Origin: Euryarchaeota archaeon UBA605
GTDB lineage: Archaea; Thermoplasmatota; Poseidoniia; Poseidoniales; Thalassarchaeaceae
Reading direction: 5' to 3'
Assembly: GCA_002504905.1 (NCBI GenBank)
Contig: DATY01000029.1
Span: 78,306 to 142,305 of the forward strand
DNA: 64,000 nt
This document shows positions 1 to 9,359 of the stretch, one piece after another. Positions within the stretch are counted from its first letter, which is position 1, and each line of letters starts with the position of its first letter. Under the pieces are notes generated by a model. That model had not been told where the DNA came from. It saw nothing but the letters and a program-made list of their open reading frames with translations, and did not search any database. The position numbers and the translations under genes are program-made.

Positions 1-406
1 AGTAAACATGTTCCCAACCAGGCGAATACGTGTAAATCTCATTCATCGATACATCGATGTCGCCTTCATCGAAAGTACTAATGTTTGATCTTGTTCCATC
101 ATCAAGTAGGGTGATTTGTTCTAAATCTTCAATAAAATTAGTTCCAAAAAATCGACCTGTGTCTAAATCTGCTCCATCCCACACAATACCAGGCTCCATA
201 GAGGTTGCCATTTCTGTATTGGTGACGTGAAGCCAACCATCCTGAACAGTAGCATTACCAGGCACTCGGAAACCGGTCAGAGTAATACCCTCGTCGGGAG
301 GATTTACTGAACTTGGCCCAGTCCAAGAAGTTGTAGCAGCGGATGTTAGCGGGGCGATTATCATCAATAGCACTAGTGCAAGTGCAGTCCTACGGCGGTC
401 AGACAT
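1..406 (-). CDS. hypothetical secreted protein, 5' part only (gene continues beyond window start)
   Basis: Minus-strand ORF running off the window edge; ATG at 404-406 (reverse). N-terminus MSDRRRTALALVLLMIIAPLTSAATTSW looks like a signal peptide. Confidence 0.45.
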   Translation of the reverse strand, partial: MSDRRRTALALVLLMIIAPLTSAATTSWTGPSSVNPPDEGITLTGFRVPGNATVQDGWLHVTNTEMATSMEPGIVWDGADLDTGRFFGTNFIEDLEQITLLDDGTRSNISTFDEGDIDVSMNEIYTYSPGWEHVY

Positions 407-492
407 GTCTGTCTCGTTAGTTTGTTACATTATGAAGTTATTTCCGTAAGATTGTTGAAGGTACAGTAAAACAGTAATTTCAATTCTATAAA

Positions 493-567
493 TGGAGCCA
501 CTGGGGAGAATTGAACTCCCGACCTTCCCATTACCAATGGGATGCTATACCCCTAAGCCACAGTGGC
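493..567 (-). tRNA. tRNA-Thr (anticodon GGT), CCA encoded
   Basis: Cloverleaf with acceptor GCCACTG/CAGTGGC, anticodon loop TTGGTAA, T-loop TTCAATT and 3' TCCA; overlapped by spurious ORF 573..764. Confidence 0.85.
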
Positions 568-675
568 GACGTTTAATCCAAAAACAATCGCGATTTAATC
601 ACTACGGAAGAGGATTCAAAATCACATATGGAAAGCAACAGACTCAAAATGTCGGAGAGGTCCGGCAATAATGAA

Positions 676-761
676 GCCGAGGTCGCATAGCCTGGTATTG
701 CGCATGACTGGAAATCATGTGGGATTTTCCCTCGGGAGTTCAAATCTCCCTCTCGGCGCCA
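676..761 (+). tRNA. tRNA-Ser (anticodon GGA), long variable arm, CCA encoded
   Basis: Acceptor GCCGAGG...TCTCGGC, anticodon stem CATGA/TCATG with loop CTGGAAA, long variable arm, T-loop GGGAGTTCAAATCTCCC, 3' GCCA. Confidence 0.85.
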
Positions 762-868
762 CATTTATTCTAATGTTTATTTTGAAACATAGAATACCAT
801 ACATATAATGATTTTTTGAATCGGAATAAGGGAGTTACTTAATGCAGTATTTCCTGTCGCATAAACAT

Positions 869-874
869 AGGAGG
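869..874 (+). promoter_or_regulatory. Shine-Dalgarno AGGAGG 10 nt upstream of ATG 885
   Basis: AGGAGG lies inside a perfect palindrome GGAGGCCTCC. Confidence 0.45.
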
Positions 875-884
875 CCTCCGTTCA

Positions 885-2015
885 ATGAGTGATGGAACAG
901 AAATTGGAACACAAGAGTCTATCAGACTCAGTGAAATTACTTTGAATTATAACTTTTCAGAATATAATGAAAGGTTAAAGATTCTAGATAAATTTATGCA
1001 AGAATCTAAGTTTCATCTAAAGATGATTCTTAAGGGCTGGGGTGCATTCGAATTTTCAATTTTTGGCGTAGGAGTTCTAGCAATCCTACTCGGTTCATGG
1101 GATTTAGGAATAGGTGAATTGAGAAGCGGTGGAGACTACAATAGAGTTGGTAGCGAAGGAATGTTATTTCTAGAAGATCTCTCTCTAATGCTTTCACTTC
1201 TATCTATGATTGCTTGGGGGATTTTTGTAATTCAATTGTTTATTCGTTTTCCAATAATGAGAGAGAATCTAGTTTGGATGATTGTCGGGATGATTGCGGT
1301 ACAAATAGGATATATTATCACCTACTCTGACTATCCAAACTTTCCTGAAAATGTCAATATAGGAATGCTGGCTCCAATAATCCTTGCGAATCTAATTTTC
1401 TCATTTCTTGTAATCTTTGTAGTTCATAGAGCAGTTATCGAAACAAGAGATGTGCATGTAATTGAGAGGCATTCACATCCTGACCCTAGGGTTGTCGCTA
1501 CAGCTTGGAAAGATCATAGTTTGAGATTATGGAGTTTGGGGCTGGGAACATGGATGGTCCTGGTAAATATTTTCTCTTGGTCTTCATCAAAATCAGTAGC
1601 ATTAAGACCAATATCTTCTGAAGAAACCGTTTTTAATTATCCTTGGTTATATCTTGTTTGTAGTATAATATCAATTTTCTTTTTGATACACATTATTTGG
1701 TATCCTCAATTCATGCTTGGGGCAGCAGAAGATAGAATTCAATCAGTTAGAGCAAGAGAAGTTTCCGGAGAAATCGATTATAAATCTACAAAGGATGTTC
1801 AGGGTATTTGTCCGATTTGTAAAGAGGAAACCGCCGCTATTCAGAAAGCTAATGGAAAAATAACAATACCTTGCGAGTATAATTGTGGAGGAGTTGGAAC
1901 TCCCGGTTCAATTTGTAAGGAATGTGAGATGACCTTACCTACTAGAATTAATTGTGCCAACTGTAATTCTAATACTATAATTTCAAGTCATTTTAGTAGA
2001 CAAGATGCGTGGTAA
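885..2015 (+). CDS. multi-pass membrane protein with C-terminal Cys-rich zinc-ribbon domain
   Basis: Several hydrophobic segments; C-terminus ICPICKEE...CEYNCGG...CKECEM...CANCNS contains paired CxxC motifs. Confidence 0.5.
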   Translation: MSDGTEIGTQESIRLSEITLNYNFSEYNERLKILDKFMQESKFHLKMILKGWGAFEFSIFGVGVLAILLGSWDLGIGELRSGGDYNRVGSEGMLFLEDLSLMLSLLSMIAWGIFVIQLFIRFPIMRENLVWMIVGMIAVQIGYIITYSDYPNFPENVNIGMLAPIILANLIFSFLVIFVVHRAVIETRDVHVIERHSHPDPRVVATAWKDHSLRLWSLGLGTWMVLVNIFSWSSSKSVALRPISSEETVFNYPWLYLVCSIISIFFLIHIIWYPQFMLGAAEDRIQSVRAREVSGEIDYKSTKDVQGICPICKEETAAIQKANGKITIPCEYNCGGVGTPGSICKECEMTLPTRINCANCNSNTIISSHFSRQDAW

Positions 2016-2031
2016 TTGGTGTTAATAATAA

Positions 2032-3495
2032 TTGGTTGTTAATATGATTTGGGGAGTGTTTCTTGAAGTTATTTCATGGGTGTTATTTGATATTTTATGG
2101 GCAATAATCAAGTCAATCTATGATGGTTTTAGGTGGATTATAAATCTCATAAAAACTGTAATTTTTGCTATATTCAGTGAAATTTCAGAAAAAAAAGAGA
2201 AAAAAAACTTAGGTACAAATATGGAGAATTCAAATGGAGAAGAAAATATAATTGATGTAATTAATGCATCAAAAACAAGAGACGAAGATGTGTTCAAATT
2301 ACTTGTTGGCTTCTCTGCTACTTTGATATCAGGATTCATCTTGGCTGTAATACTTCTATGGCTATTTTTTACCATGAATGGAGAAGTATTTGGTTTCAGC
2401 CCACCTCAATCATTAGTCACTTGGGAAGATGAATATAGAGACATGACTGGAATAAATGAAATTGAAGGATTGGACGGAACAGGTGTATCATTATGCATAG
2501 TAGATTCAGGAATTGATATTTCACATCCAGATTTAGAAAATATAAATCTTTTAGGTTGGAATGATGTCATTAATTCTAGTCCAAATCCATATGATGATGA
2601 TGGTCATGGAACAGCAATGGCAGGTATAATTGTCGCAGATGGAGGATTAAATGGAATCGCAAAAAATGTCGATTTATTTATTGCGAAGGCAATAAATTCT
2701 GATGGTTCTGGTACAGATGACGGGATTGCAGAAGCGGTAGATTGGTGTGTTTCACAAGGTAGCGATATTATTTCTTTAAGTCTAGGAGGTGGACAAGGTA
2801 TTGGTGGTGATTTATTCACTACAGATTCACTTGAGGTTGCAGTAGAAAATGCAATCGATCAGGGAGTATATGTTGTTGCTGCAGCAGGGAATGATGGTGA
2901 GGATGATGATGGAGATGTATCTTCTCCCGGTTCTGTTAAGGACGTAATTTGTGTCGGAGGTGTAACTAGACTTGGTAACTCATGGTCTGGAAGTTCAGAA
3001 GGAGATAATAACGGAAGACTATGGCCGAATCCAATTCTTCCAAGAAATGATCCTGATAAAAAACCAGAAATAATCGCGCCTGGACTTGAGGTACCAGTGT
3101 TGATGATAAACTCGAATTCATGGTGGGGATGGTCGAGTGGTACATCTGCTTCAACGGCATGGGTGTCAGGTGGACTGGCATTGTTCTTACAAGAATATCC
3201 TGATTTTCAAAGAAATACAGATAGTGATTCGACAAAGATTGAAGAAATTAAACAGCTATTGAGTGAGAACTCACAAATGAAAAATGGACAAAGTCAACAT
3301 GATGATCATTTTGGTTATGGAATATTTAGAATTGATTCTTTAATAGATTCAGCCAAAACAAATTCTTCTAATCTAGAAAATATAATTGAGACTTCAGATT
3401 TAACTATGCAAAAAAATATATTCGAAATATTTCAAAGTGAACGACGAATGACGGCTAGAGTCCCACCAGACAATTCTATAAAAGCCATAGAATGA
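2032..3495 (+). CDS. subtilisin-like serine protease (S8 family), membrane-anchored/secreted
   Basis: Catalytic triad motifs VDSGID (Asp), HGTAMAGI (His), GTSASTAWVSG (Ser); N-terminal TM segment. Confidence 0.8.
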   Translation: MVVNMIWGVFLEVISWVLFDILWAIIKSIYDGFRWIINLIKTVIFAIFSEISEKKEKKNLGTNMENSNGEENIIDVINASKTRDEDVFKLLVGFSATLISGFILAVILLWLFFTMNGEVFGFSPPQSLVTWEDEYRDMTGINEIEGLDGTGVSLCIVDSGIDISHPDLENINLLGWNDVINSSPNPYDDDGHGTAMAGIIVADGGLNGIAKNVDLFIAKAINSDGSGTDDGIAEAVDWCVSQGSDIISLSLGGGQGIGGDLFTTDSLEVAVENAIDQGVYVVAAAGNDGEDDDGDVSSPGSVKDVICVGGVTRLGNSWSGSSEGDNNGRLWPNPILPRNDPDKKPEIIAPGLEVPVLMINSNSWWGWSSGTSASTAWVSGGLALFLQEYPDFQRNTDSDSTKIEEIKQLLSENSQMKNGQSQHDDHFGYGIFRIDSLIDSAKTNSSNLENIIETSDLTMQKNIFEIFQSERRMTARVPPDNSIKAIE

Positions 3496-4277
3496 TTATC
3501 ATTACAATCTCGTATCACTTCCATCCATTGATTAAATGATTCTACTTTCTTTTGGGCCTCATTGGGTTCTTGACCTTCTTCAGGCACACCAACATCACCT
3601 GTAGGTACTTCTGGCTCTTTAACAAGGATGAAACCACCTTTAGAAATCACATCTAATGCTGCTATTGTGGCAGATGCTCTATGATTTTCAGGTAGATCAA
3701 TAATTATCATATCTATTGGTTGGGGGAGAGGTGAAGGTTTCGCACTGGATGGTAATGCAGCTGTTGCAACAGACCATGAGGAGGTTTCAGCAGTAATTTC
3801 TTGCCATGATCTTGTCAAAACTTGTGTCCACTGTTCAGAAGAATGACGGCGGATAAGACGATCAATAATAACTCCAAATTTACCTGCTGGTTCAATGATT
3901 CTAAATGAATCTGGCCGAGGCCTATTTTCGACGGGTGGATTTGCAGGATCGCCAGTCCATAAGTCAAGTAACCAGGCAGTTAGATGACCAATTCCTCCAC
4001 CTACAAGAACCACATTTCTGGCTGGAATTTTAGATGTTATATCCCTAATTTTAACTCTAAATGCTCGTGATAAGGGAATCAAATTCATATGTAACATCTG
4101 TTGACCAATATTGGCTGCTATCTGAGGTTCTTCATCGCCAAAATCAGAATCTAAAGATAGTAATTGTTCAAACATTTCTCGCTCGGACATCTGTGGTAAT
4201 CCAATGCCGCCCCCGTCACTCATGTCAATGGCTATATTAACTTCAATTTCAACCATCCCATGCAAGGATGGCTTCAA
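3432..4277 (-). CDS. class I SAM-dependent methyltransferase-like protein (O-methyltransferase family 3-like)
   Basis: Gly-rich VVLVGGGIGHLTAWLL resembles MTase motif I; MIIIDLPE resembles an acidic motif; weak assignment. Confidence 0.35.
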   Translation of the reverse strand: MKPSLHGMVEIEVNIAIDMSDGGGIGLPQMSEREMFEQLLSLDSDFGDEEPQIAANIGQQMLHMNLIPLSRAFRVKIRDITSKIPARNVVLVGGGIGHLTAWLLDLWTGDPANPPVENRPRPDSFRIIEPAGKFGVIIDRLIRRHSSEQWTQVLTRSWQEITAETSSWSVATAALPSSAKPSPLPQPIDMIIIDLPENHRASATIAALDVISKGGFILVKEPEVPTGDVGVPEEGQEPNEAQKKVESFNQWMEVIRDCNDNHSMAFIELSGGTLAVIRRSL

Positions 4278-4301
4278 TAAAGAAAGTCATCTCGAAGGTA
4301 C

Positions 4302-4910
4302 ATGGAAGATACTGGCATCGATGAAGAAGTATTTGATGCTGCAGTATGTCCTGAATGTACAAAAATGACTGAACATGAAATTCTCAAAAGGAATGTAAAA
4401 GGAGACGGAGAAGATCTGTTAGTCAGATGTTTGATTTGTAGCAATGTCCATAACTTACAATTAAGACCACCTAAGTCTGTTTTGATTAAAACGACATTGT
4501 CAGATAGAATGGACAGTGAGCTGGCATTAATAGAAGCAGATGAAGACGAAGAAATTAACAAATATGATTATTTTCAACATAATGAGCAAACTTACAGAAT
4601 AACAAGAATAGAAGATTCTACATCTAGAGAATGTAAGAATCTTAATGCAGCTGATATATCTGCAATGTGGGCAGTTAGGGTAGATAGGACAATAGTTCCT
4701 GTAACAATGACTGAGGGTGAGATTAGCGTCCCTAGCAGTATAGAATGTGACCCTGATAGGATTTTCTCTTGTGGCGCAATTATGCAGATGAACGGTAGAA
4801 GATGGAGGATTAGAGCACTCCATACCGGTAAAGGTAGAACTCTCAATGGGAAAAGAATCGCTAGTGAAATTAGAAGAATCTATCTACATGTTCCAGATGA
4901 TGACCGATAA
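4302..4910 (+). CDS. hypothetical zinc-ribbon protein
   Basis: CPEC...CLIC near the N-terminus; start uncertain. Confidence 0.4.
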   Translation: MEDTGIDEEVFDAAVCPECTKMTEHEILKRNVKGDGEDLLVRCLICSNVHNLQLRPPKSVLIKTTLSDRMDSELALIEADEDEEINKYDYFQHNEQTYRITRIEDSTSRECKNLNAADISAMWAVRVDRTIVPVTMTEGEISVPSSIECDPDRIFSCGAIMQMNGRRWRIRALHTGKGRTLNGKRIASEIRRIYLHVPDDDR

Positions 4911-4919
4911 ATAATAAGA

Positions 4920-5948
4920 TTACTTTCTATTAGTCCAAGGCATAATTATGGTTTTAGTTACATGCCAAGCAATATCTGGATTTTCTCGGATTCTTCTAAC
5001 ACCATACTCATACCATTTCGTACCATATGGAACGTAAACTCTAGTTAAGTGCCCTTCTGATGCTAATTTTCTTCTAAGATTACCTCTGACACCGAGAAGG
5101 AATTGGAATTCGTATCCTGGCCCCTTTCCAACTCTGGTAGAAGAGGAATTATTTCTAGAATCGTGGTTTACAGATATATTCATTTTTTCCAATTTTTCCA
5201 AACTGTGATTAATTATGGGGATATCATGTGAGGCTACAGCAGTGTAACATCCCTTTTCTAACATCAAATCGATACATTCATTTGTTGAATCTACTATTTC
5301 TTGATATTTCGTATAAGAAATTTCTTCTGATTCTAAATATATTCCTTTGCAAATTCTAAAATCAGCTAGTGGCCCTAATTTCTGTGAAACTGCGACTATA
5401 TCCTCTTTGGTTCTGAATAATCTACCTTGTAGCACAGTTCCTATGTTCTGAAAACCCTTTTCTTGCATTTCCAAAACCACATCAATGGTTTCTTGTGTCA
5501 CTCTATGATCTTCCATATCTAATCGAACAAAGATATCATTCAGCGCTGCCTTTTTAAGAATCTCTTCTATATTTGATAATGCCGCATTTTTATCAATTAA
5601 TAATCCAAAAGCTGTGGGTTTCAAAGAAATATGCGCATCAATTTGATTAGATACTATTGAATCCAGAACTCTAGAATATTCATCAACAAAATACCTTGCT
5701 TCTTCAAGATCATTAATTTCTTCTCCTAAGACATCAATTGTAAAACAAGTATTTTCTTTAGACATACCCTTCATTAAATCAATTGCTGATTCTAGTTCTG
5801 ATCCCGCAACATAACGTCCCGCTATACGCTTAACCAAAAACTTCGGAGCAAACGGCATCAAACTAACAATGATTTTCCCAATCACTCCCATATACTGTCG
5901 AAGAGAATTAAAGATTTGATTATTCTCTTTGAGAGATTTGCTTACCAC
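4920..5948 (-). CDS. proline dehydrogenase
   Basis: C-terminal YEFQFLLGVRGNLRRKLASEGHLTRVYVPYGTKWYEYGVRRIREN matches the ProDH signature (YEFQ.L.G ... VYVPYG..W.Y..RR..E). Start may instead be the internal M (MGVIGK), which would remove the 29-nt overlap with dtdA. Confidence 0.7.
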   Translation of the reverse strand: MVSKSLKENNQIFNSLRQYMGVIGKIIVSLMPFAPKFLVKRIAGRYVAGSELESAIDLMKGMSKENTCFTIDVLGEEINDLEEARYFVDEYSRVLDSIVSNQIDAHISLKPTAFGLLIDKNAALSNIEEILKKAALNDIFVRLDMEDHRVTQETIDVVLEMQEKGFQNIGTVLQGRLFRTKEDIVAVSQKLGPLADFRICKGIYLESEEISYTKYQEIVDSTNECIDLMLEKGCYTAVASHDIPIINHSLEKLEKMNISVNHDSRNNSSSTRVGKGPGYEFQFLLGVRGNLRRKLASEGHLTRVYVPYGTKWYEYGVRRIRENPDIAWHVTKTIIMPWTNRK

Positions 5949-6858
5949 GCCTAACTTCTATACCTAATTCATCCAATTTTTGAATAATTACTGAACGTTC
6001 CCAACCCTTGAATGACTTTCTATCTAGGTGAGCAAAAATCTTACTATTAGGGAAAGAAATTCTTGTTGATTCAACAGTTTTTTCGATACAATCTGACCAT
6101 GTTCCGGAAGGATTCTCAGATTTAGATTTTTGATCGAATATTAGGGAATAATTTGCTATCAAATGTCCTAAATTAATTTCTGAATCAATAATAACTGCTT
6201 TATGTCTTGGAGCATAGTGACCACCCCCAAAACCAATCATCACCTCCAAATTAGAATTAAAAAATTTTGATTTACTATCAAACATTCCTAAAACATCAGA
6301 GATCACTTCCGCCCAACATTCCGCAACGTCATTTCTGTTCCACTCATTTTCAGTAGAACCTATCTCAATATACAAAGTAGGTGTTTTTAGTATTGGTCCA
6401 TGATGGGTGGTCTCCATAGTTAAATCAAAATCATGATGTAAATTTCTTTCTCTAGCCAAATTGTTCATTCTCCTGAAAAGTGATGCAAAATATCTGCTTG
6501 GTGGCACCAAAGTTCCATTTTTACCTCCAGATTTACCTTCCTGACCATATGGCAAGGCACCTGGAATGCCTATCGCATGCAAAGTCATTGCTGGAGTATT
6601 TGAACTTGAAACATGTCTAGATAAAATAAGTACGTCATCAACAGGAAGATTCGTACTTTTTTTAAAGGTGGAATCTATATCATTTGCTCTTATATGAATT
6701 TGATCAATAACTAATAGATAAACTCTACCACATTTATGTATAAAATAATCACCTACTGATGAAGAAAGAGTCTCACCCCAGCCATCTAATCGCAACATAG
6801 CATCGTACAATGTCATTGATGCTGAATCAGATTTAGAAGCCAAAATTAGCACTCCCAT
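5920..6858 (-). CDS. dtdA: D-aminoacyl-tRNA deacylase, archaeal type (DtdA)
   Basis: Motifs ILSRHVSSSNTPAMTLHAIGIPG, METTHHGP, LYIEIGSTENEW match the archaeal DTD family. Confidence 0.65.
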   Translation of the reverse strand: MGVLILASKSDSASMTLYDAMLRLDGWGETLSSSVGDYFIHKCGRVYLLVIDQIHIRANDIDSTFKKSTNLPVDDVLILSRHVSSSNTPAMTLHAIGIPGALPYGQEGKSGGKNGTLVPPSRYFASLFRRMNNLARERNLHHDFDLTMETTHHGPILKTPTLYIEIGSTENEWNRNDVAECWAEVISDVLGMFDSKSKFFNSNLEVMIGFGGGHYAPRHKAVIIDSEINLGHLIANYSLIFDQKSKSENPSGTWSDCIEKTVESTRISFPNSKIFAHLDRKSFKGWERSVIIQKLDELGIEVRRGKQISQRE

Positions 6859-6932
6859 GGGCGTCCCAAGGAGAGTTTAATTTTCAATCCTCTGAACCAC
6901 ACCTTGAAACACTGGAGTTTAGACGAGTTAAC

Positions 6933-7835
6933 ATGGTAGATTCCGGAACAGGTTTTGCTCCCATAAAAATAGACTCTGGTGAGAAAGTACATGTTATTTC
7001 TGGAGTCTCAGGACAATTACTGAAAGTTGATGAAAAACTAAATCCTATTGGAGAGGTTAGTCAACCATTTCCTGCTACAATTACATCAAGTACGATAGTC
7101 GATGATAAATGGATTGGAGTTTGGGTAGAAAGAGAACTCAGGCAGGCAAGAATGGCTGCATTTGACTTAAATGAAGAATGGTTAAATGGTGAAACAAAAG
7201 CAATTTTAAGGAATAGAAAAGCAGATTTTCTTTTACATCCCTCATCTAGCAATTGGTCACAGATATTAGATTCAGAGCCAACTGCACTATCAAAAATTGA
7301 TAATTCAATTTGTTTTTCTAGTATCAATAAAGGGATTTACAGAATTGATAATGAATCAAATGAAATATGGAGAGCTGAGATCCCTAAATGGAAAGAAATA
7401 GAAAAAATAAATTCATTTGATGAAATAGTTGGATTTATAGAAACAGAAGAAGGAATTGTATTAATTTCAAGAGCCGGTGGATTCGCAATTATGGATCAAA
7501 ATTCAACTATAATCCAGAAAGGAGTCTTGAGAATGCCAGAAATAATTACAGGATTCCAATATGAGAAAGGATGTGGGTGGTTCATTAAATTAAACGGAAA
7601 ATATTTCGCAACTCTATCTTCATTGACTGAAGCGCCAAAAATTTATAAGATTTTAGGGCCAGTTTATGATGTGAAAAATATCGAAGGAGATTGGATATGG
7701 ACTGGATGGAGGCACGATGGAAAACTGGATAAAAATGGCGAATTGTCTATTAAATCTAGAGAAAACATTGGCGTTGGTATTATTGGAGATAATGTTCTAA
7801 CAAATGATGGGAAATGGGAAAAAATTAGAATTTAA
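6933..7835 (+). CDS. hypothetical protein
   Basis: 300-aa ORF with no recognisable motif. Confidence 0.4.
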   Translation: MVDSGTGFAPIKIDSGEKVHVISGVSGQLLKVDEKLNPIGEVSQPFPATITSSTIVDDKWIGVWVERELRQARMAAFDLNEEWLNGETKAILRNRKADFLLHPSSSNWSQILDSEPTALSKIDNSICFSSINKGIYRIDNESNEIWRAEIPKWKEIEKINSFDEIVGFIETEEGIVLISRAGGFAIMDQNSTIIQKGVLRMPEIITGFQYEKGCGWFIKLNGKYFATLSSLTEAPKIYKILGPVYDVKNIEGDWIWTGWRHDGKLDKNGELSIKSRENIGVGIIGDNVLTNDGKWEKIRI

Positions 7836-8015
7836 TTACTCTTCTTCATCATTTGAATTATAACCACATTTGCCGCAGGATTTGCGATCTTCATGGATTG
7901 CCAAGAATACACCTGGGCCACAACCAGGCTCAGGACAAAACTCCGCCCGTTCTAGTTTGTCGCCATTAATCTTGTATTTTGACCACTTAGACTTTGGATT
8001 AGGTCCTTCTGCCAT
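7836..8015 (-). CDS. rps27ae: ribosomal protein S27ae (eS31), 59 aa; not in ORF track (<60 aa)
   Basis: Translated by hand: [59 protein letters not shown] with the C4 zinc finger; its ATG overlaps the S24e stop (TAATG). Confidence 0.8.
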   Translation of the reverse strand: MAEGPNPKSKWSKYKINGDKLERAEFCPEPGCGPGVFLAIHEDRKSCGKCGYNSNDEEE

Positions 8016-8320
8016 TATTCATCGCCTCCTGTTTCTTTTACTGCACGAGTCTTTTCATGCCTTTCGACAATAAATTTTGGTTCTAATGAGGCCGACTCTT
8101 CTGAATCATAAATTAAAGCAATTCCAGTGGTTAATGGCATTCCATATCTAGTATTAACATTCTTTACAAAAACTAATTCCTTTTTCGATCCAGGTTCCGC
8201 CTTAGCTGCTGCCGTAATCATTTCCGATAGAGTAGGTGTTGGAAGGTTTGCATGATTCCATTCAAATGTTAATTCAACCCTTCCGAGTAGTGGATTTTCT
8301 TTTCTGTCTATTATTTGCAT
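8015..8320 (-). CDS. rps24e: ribosomal protein S24e
   Basis: [21 protein letters not shown]... is a typical S24e N-terminus; operon context with S27ae. Confidence 0.85.
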   Translation of the reverse strand: MQIIDRKENPLLGRVELTFEWNHANLPTPTLSEMITAAAKAEPGSKKELVFVKNVNTRYGMPLTTGIALIYDSEESASLEPKFIVERHEKTRAVKETGGDE

Positions 8321-8334
8321 ATATTTTCCCTCCT

Positions 8335-8553
8335 TTATCTAATGTTTACCTTCAAAGCATAAGCGCCAGGATCATCTATATTCAGCCTTTTAGCAACTTC
8401 AGATCTTTTAGGATTAAGAATTATCACATAACCCTGCCAGTCAGTGGTTACAGGAGCATTAGGGCACCATTTACAATTAACTGGATCTTTTTTATTTTCT
8501 GGTTCGGGGAGAATGCGATTACATTCCCCGCAGGCAAATGGTTGCTTAGCCAT
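8335..8553 (-). CDS. spt4: transcription elongation factor Spt4 / RNA polymerase subunit E''
   Basis: MAKQPFACGECNRIL...CKWCPN zinc ribbon plus W.GYVIILNP; start trimmed to the internal ATG directly after the E' stop. Confidence 0.8.
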   Translation of the reverse strand: MAKQPFACGECNRILPEPENKKDPVNCKWCPNAPVTTDWQGYVIILNPKRSEVAKRLNIDDPGAYALKVNIR

Positions 8554-8554
8554 C

Positions 8555-9103
8555 TTAATCCTGCTCCTGTATCCACGAATATGCACCAAGTCCATCCATT
8601 TTACAATTCAAACCAATTTTACTAGCTCTTGGATCGTTCTGATTAATCGCTTTGGAAACTACACGAGAGCGTATGTAAGAACCCTCTTCTAGATATTTTC
8701 CACTGGATGAACCTTCAATTCTCTTGACTCCTAAATTAACATTTATTGGCTCATCAAGAATCTGTGATTTATGCAATAAAGCCTCCATAGGGCCTATTCT
8801 TACGAATGCACCATATTCTGAAATCTCAGATGCATATCCATCTACAACTTCATTATTTTCCATGTTAAAAAGAAGAGCCTTGAACTTAACTCGTTGATAT
8901 ATCGCACCATCTCCATGGATAATTTTTCCGCGACCCAAAGGTTCATGATCGAATGTTAAAACTGTATAATTTTCATCTGGATCGAAGCGACCTTCAAATG
9001 CATCATTTGCCAACTCATCGATATGGTCAACTAGGTTACGCCCTGCACGAATATATTCTGCAGGTATTCTTATTGTATCTTCGCGGGTAACTATGCTGTA
9101 CAT
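8555..9103 (-). CDS. rpoE: DNA-directed RNA polymerase subunit E' (Rpb7 homolog, S1 domain)
   Basis: N-terminal Rpb7-like fold followed by an S1-like region; GGAGG SD 7 nt upstream of the ATG; directly precedes spt4. Confidence 0.8.
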   Translation of the reverse strand: MYSIVTREDTIRIPAEYIRAGRNLVDHIDELANDAFEGRFDPDENYTVLTFDHEPLGRGKIIHGDGAIYQRVKFKALLFNMENNEVVDGYASEISEYGAFVRIGPMEALLHKSQILDEPINVNLGVKRIEGSSSGKYLEEGSYIRSRVVSKAINQNDPRASKIGLNCKMDGLGAYSWIQEQD

Positions 9104-9120
9104 GTTTTTTCCTCCATTTA

Positions 9121-9225
9121 ACGGACTGCTCCGAGGTTTGTCGGAGGAAGGCAGAAAGACCCCCCGTCCCTCATCGGCAAAGCCTCCAGAGGAGAAGTCC
9201 GTTGAGTCGCCGACTTACCACCCCT
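9121..9225. ncRNA. candidate structured RNA (unclassified), ~62% GC island in a ~36% GC genome
   Basis: Long imperfect hairpin: GGACU/AGUCC, CUCC/GGAG, GAGG/CCUC outer helix enclosing UUUGUCGG.../...UCGGCAAA. Followed by smaller hairpins (CAGACC-GUA-GGUCUG; GUUCAA..UUGAAC). Strand undetermined. Confidence 0.35.
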
Positions 9226-9359
9226 GTATAAGCGCAACGGATGAAAAATGACTTCGGAAAATCAGATTTACCCCACAGACCGTAGGTCTGGATGATAGTT
9301 TAGTGCGAATGTTCAAGTGGGTATTGAACCCCATTTAGACCCTGATGCGAGGGTTCACT

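Noticed and set aside
573-764. 63-aa ORF on minus strand
   Set aside because: Lies antisense across tRNA-Ser(GGA); a typical spurious ORF in a GC-rich tRNA.
9121-9225. Tried to assign the GC-rich element to SRP (7S) RNA, RNase P RNA or 5S rRNA
   Set aside because: The P4 halves GAGAAGUCCG and CCGACUUACC sit adjacent rather than hundreds of nt apart. The purine stretch GGAGGAAGGCAG only partly matches the very conserved SRP helix-8 GGAAGGAAGCAG context. No CCGAAC/5S loop motifs. Left unclassified.
9345-9359. Alternative upstream start MRGFTM for the giant surface protein
   Set aside because: The ATG at 9360 has GAGGG 6 nt upstream and begins a cleaner signal peptide. Either is possible; the difference is 5 aa.
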